A stretch of 56,933 bases of DNA, taken from contig JBFGYM010000001.1 in NCBI GenBank assembly GCA_041587435.1, positions 1-56,933 of the forward strand, written 5' to 3'. Positions within the stretch are counted from its first letter, which is position 1; every line of letters begins with the position of its first letter. The translations under genes were made by a program, and so were the position numbers. Source of the stretch: Woeseiaceae bacterium (GTDB lineage Bacteria > Pseudomonadota > Gammaproteobacteria > Steroidobacterales > Woeseiaceae). The notes under the pieces are model-generated. The model did no database searches. It saw only the letters and a program-made list of their open reading frames with translations, and was not told the origin of the DNA. Positions 54,420-56,933 of this stretch are shown one piece after another.

Positions 54420-55457
54420 TCAAGCGGCGAACGACGCCTGCAGTCGTGATTTGATGTCGCTGCCCACCTTGATCGAGCAGCAGGAATGCGCCTGTTCGAA
54501 CGGGCGCCCGATCGTGTGCGCGACCGACACGGCCCCGTCGGCCGGGAACGCGATGCCGTCAAGCCCGGCCATGATGGCGTAGGCGTCCGTGACGCGCTTG
54601 TGCATGCCGGGCGGCCGCGCACAGCCGAGCAGCACCTGCTGGTCGGCGAGCCGCTCGCGCGCCTCGAGGAAGATGCGGCCGACGTCCGAGGTTCCGGGCG
54701 TGACGAACGTGCCCGGTTTCGCGTAGAACGGCATGATCACGACGAGCACGAGCGCGTTGACGTCGTAGCGGCTGATCATGTCCAGCGCATTGGCCTCGCC
54801 GAGGATCTGCCCGTAGTGCAGCCCGACGACTATGTGCGGCGTGACCTCCATCGACGTGGAACACAGTGCTGCCAGCGTCTTCTCGAAGTCCTCCACGGGA
54901 CGCCGGAGCTTGTATACCTGCTCGATCGTCTCCTGCGCGCCGATGACGTCCATCATCACCGTGTCGACGCCGGCCGATTCCATCTGCTTCGCGCGGCGCT
55001 CGTCGAGCAGCGCCGTGTGCACGGCGATCTTGAGGCCCGGGAAGTCGCGCTTGAGCCCCTCGATGACCGGCATGTAACGGCCGTACGGAATCTCGTTCTT
55101 GCGGTTCGAGCCGCCCGACAGGAGAAAGCCGCTCAGGGCCTGCGTCTTCACCAGGTGGCGGACTTTTTCGTCCAGCATGGCCGGGCTCGTCGCCGGAATC
55201 ATCGGCTCGAGGATCTTCTTCTGGCAATGATCGCAGTTCAGTCCGCACTCGCCGGCCGTGATGGAAAACGCCGGGAAGCTGTTCTTGCCGCAGCCCTCGA
55301 GCTCCGACGTCTCGTACTCCTTGAAAGTCGGGGTCGAAAATCGGATCGGCCGCGATACGACACGGTCGGCGCGGCGTTCGAACTGCGCGACGAGATCCGC
55401 GTCGAAAGCGGCGTCCTCGAGGTCCTCGATCGTGAGCAGCGCATTCAGCCAGGTCAT
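54420..55457 (-). CDS. LipS-type radical SAM protein (second lipoyl synthase component)
   Basis: CGLNCDHCQ (CX3CX2C). 345 aa. 12 nt downstream of the HDAC-like gene. Confidence 0.8.
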   Translation of the reverse strand: MTWLNALLTIEDLEDAAFDADLVAQFERRADRVVSRPIRFSTPTFKEYETSELEGCGKNSFPAFSITAGECGLNCDHCQKKILEPMIPATSPAMLDEKVRHLVKTQALSGFLLSGGSNRKNEIPYGRYMPVIEGLKRDFPGLKIAVHTALLDERRAKQMESAGVDTVMMDVIGAQETIEQVYKLRRPVEDFEKTLAALCSTSMEVTPHIVVGLHYGQILGEANALDMISRYDVNALVLVVIMPFYAKPGTFVTPGTSDVGRIFLEARERLADQQVLLGCARPPGMHKRVTDAYAIMAGLDGIAFPADGAVSVAHTIGRPFEQAHSCCSIKVGSDIKSRLQASFAA

Positions 55458-55469
55458 ACCGTCGTTTCC

Positions 55470-56567
55470 TCAAAAAGCGTCAACGAGCAATCGTATCTCG
55501 TCGCGGATGGGCCCGGGGTGCGGAGTGTCCGCCAGCGTCGTCAACCATTCCTCGCGCATGTGGTCCTCGTCAACGAGATCGCACTTCATGTTGCACAGGT
55601 ACTCCGTCGCTTCCGGCGGCAGGCGCTCCGGGAACGGCCGCCCGCTGATGCGGCCCCACATGCCGGCCCAGTAACGGGTCACGGTCCATGGATTATAGCC
55701 GCCGCCGCCGAGGATGACGGTCGGCAGCCCGCGCGCGATCAGCTTGTCGACGGCGTCCCAGAGCGCGACGTTGGACAGTTCCATCGTCGACAGCGGGTCT
55801 CCCGCGAGGCAGTCCGCGCCGCAACACAGCACGAGCGCATCGGCCTGCACCCAGTCCACGAGCGGCACCACGGCGCCTTCGAAGAGAAACCCGAACTCGC
55901 TGTCGTTCAGGCCGCGCGGCACCGCGAGATTGTAAACACCCGCCTCGGGCCGCGAGCTCGTGCCGCTGAAGGGCCAGCGTTTCGCCTCGTGCAGCGACAG
56001 GGTCGTCGCGCGTGGCTCGTCGACGAACGCATCCTCGACGCCGTCGCCATGATGGGCGTCGAGATCGACATAGAGAACGCTGCGCCGGCCTTCCTTCAGG
56101 AGGGTCAGGATGGCAAACACGGGATCGTTGAAATAGCAGAAGCCGCTGGCACGGTCCGACCGCCCGTGGTGCGTGCCGCCGGTCGGATGGAACACGACGT
56201 GCCCGCGGCTCGCGAGTTCGGCCGAGAGGATCGAACCGCCGACCGTCATCGACGCACGTTCGAACAGTCCCTCAAAGAGCGGATTCTCGAAGGTGCCGAC
56301 CCGGTAGCGCTCGCGCACGTCGCGCTCGACGGACCCTGTGGCGTTTGCGTATTGCAGTGCCCGCACGTACGCACGACTATGAAACTCGACCAGCTGTTCG
56401 ACGGTGGCGGGGCGGCTCTCGCGGAACGCGGCTTCGTCGAGCCAGCCGAGCATCTTCAACAGGTCGACGACGGCTGCATGGCGGACGATGTTGAGCGGGT
56501 GATTGCGAGCGAAAGCCGGCTTTCGGTAGATCTCGCTGCCCACGAAAAACGGCGCGCTGACGGTCAT
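55470..56567 (-). CDS. Histone-deacetylase-family Zn-dependent deacylase (AcuC/Aph-like)
   Basis: All catalytic motifs are present: GGTHHG (tandem His), DLDAHHGDG (Asp/His Zn ligands), GADCLAGDPL (third ligand Asp), GGGGYN (catalytic Tyr). Confidence 0.88.
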   Translation of the reverse strand: MTVSAPFFVGSEIYRKPAFARNHPLNIVRHAAVVDLLKMLGWLDEAAFRESRPATVEQLVEFHSRAYVRALQYANATGSVERDVRERYRVGTFENPLFEGLFERASMTVGGSILSAELASRGHVVFHPTGGTHHGRSDRASGFCYFNDPVFAILTLLKEGRRSVLYVDLDAHHGDGVEDAFVDEPRATTLSLHEAKRWPFSGTSSRPEAGVYNLAVPRGLNDSEFGFLFEGAVVPLVDWVQADALVLCCGADCLAGDPLSTMELSNVALWDAVDKLIARGLPTVILGGGGYNPWTVTRYWAGMWGRISGRPFPERLPPEATEYLCNMKCDLVDEDHMREEWLTTLADTPHPGPIRDEIRLLVDAF

Positions 56568-56661
56568 CGAACGAGAATATTATATTTCCCTAATAAAGAC
56601 AATTCTGATAATCTGATATGCGCTAGCTGCATACCCCTTACCATGACCGAGGTGCCGAGAA
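56568..56661. promoter_or_regulatory. AT-rich divergent promoter region between the HDAC-like gene and the dsrE2-like gene
   Basis: Markedly AT-rich for this genome. Perfect TATAAT on the minus strand (56579-56584). GATAAT on the plus strand (56607-56612). Tandem 8-mers TCTGATAA/TCTGATAT (56604-56619). Confidence 0.5.
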
Positions 56662-56933
56662 ATGTCCGCTGAAGAAAAAAGCATGTCCATCATTGTGACC
56701 AAGGGGTCTCTCGACTGGGCGTACCCGCCGTTCATCCTGGCCACGACGGCCGCGGCGATGGGCCTGCCCGTCACGATGTTTTTCACCTTCTACGGCCTGC
56801 CCCTGTTGCTCAAGAAACTCAACCTGCAGGTAACCGCCGCCGGCAACCCGGCGATGAAGATGCCGATGATGGGCATGCACATGGGCTTGCCGAACATACT
56901 GACGGCCATTCCGGGCATCGACGCCGGCTGTTC
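56662..56933 (+). CDS. DsrE2-like (DsrE/DsrF/DrsH family) protein, N-terminal part (runs off the right edge)
   Basis: Not in the ORF track (no stop). Own translation: MSAEEKSMSIIVTKGSLDWAYPPFILATTAAAMGLPVTMFFTFYGLPLLLKKLNLQV...; the GSLDxAYPP...FFTFYGL pattern is typical of this family. GAGG Shine-Dalgarno 9 nt upstream. Confidence 0.65.
   Translation, partial: MSAEEKSMSIIVTKGSLDWAYPPFILATTAAAMGLPVTMFFTFYGLPLLLKKLNLQVTAAGNPAMKMPMMGMHMGLPNILTAIPGIDAGC

Noticed and set aside
54486-56672. 728-aa + strand ORF, the longest in the window
   Set aside because: It is antisense to the radical SAM and HDAC-like genes, which carry clear catalytic motifs. The product is an Arg/Ala/Val-rich string without domain signatures.

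Overview
GC-rich proteobacterial chromosome segment. The gene order resembles Pseudomonas and Xanthomonas. No rRNA, tRNA, CRISPR, transposase or integrase genes were recognised.

(1) 1-28.3 kb is an almost complete polar-flagellum cluster. On the minus strand it reads flgBCDEFGHIJKL, fliC, flaG, fliD, fliS, a fliT-like gene, fleQ, fleS, fleR and fliEFGHIJKLM'. flgA, flgM and flgN are divergent on the plus strand. Four perfect RpoN (sigma54) promoters and three sigma28-type promoters are readable in the sequence. An RsmN/RsmF-type CsrA paralogue sits directly after flgN.

(2) 28.4-42.2 kb holds mixed housekeeping and accessory genes. These are GTP-PEPCK, a class III cyclase-FHA protein, a SAM methyltransferase and dusA. 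They are followed by a HAD-phosphatase/PlsC-acyltransferase fusion translationally coupled to a WS/DGAT, then mgtE. A secreted HEXXH peptidase, a lipoprotein c-type cytochrome, a 568-aa class V PLP enzyme and an OprB-type porin complete the block.

(3) 42.4-56.6 kb is the most interesting part. It is one co-directional run of about 14 kb encoding a sulfur-oxidising heterodisulfide-reductase-like system (shdrC1B1AHC2B2). It also carries a DsrE3-like protein, a GcvH-like lipoate-binding protein (LbpA) and a dedicated lipoate-assembly set (LplA-type ligase and two LipS-type radical SAM proteins).

The run also has components I cannot assign to the described pathway:
- an HDAC-family deacylase as the first gene
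- a GATase1-like protein that has lost its catalytic triad
- a Cys-rich 147-aa ORF
- a two-cysteine ArsR regulator
- a translationally coupled FadL-type outer-membrane channel
- a perfect 99-nt palindromic element between the two radical SAM genes

A DsrE2-like gene starts divergently at the right edge. Many long ORFs in the supplied track are antisense or off-frame shadows typical of GC-rich DNA and were rejected.
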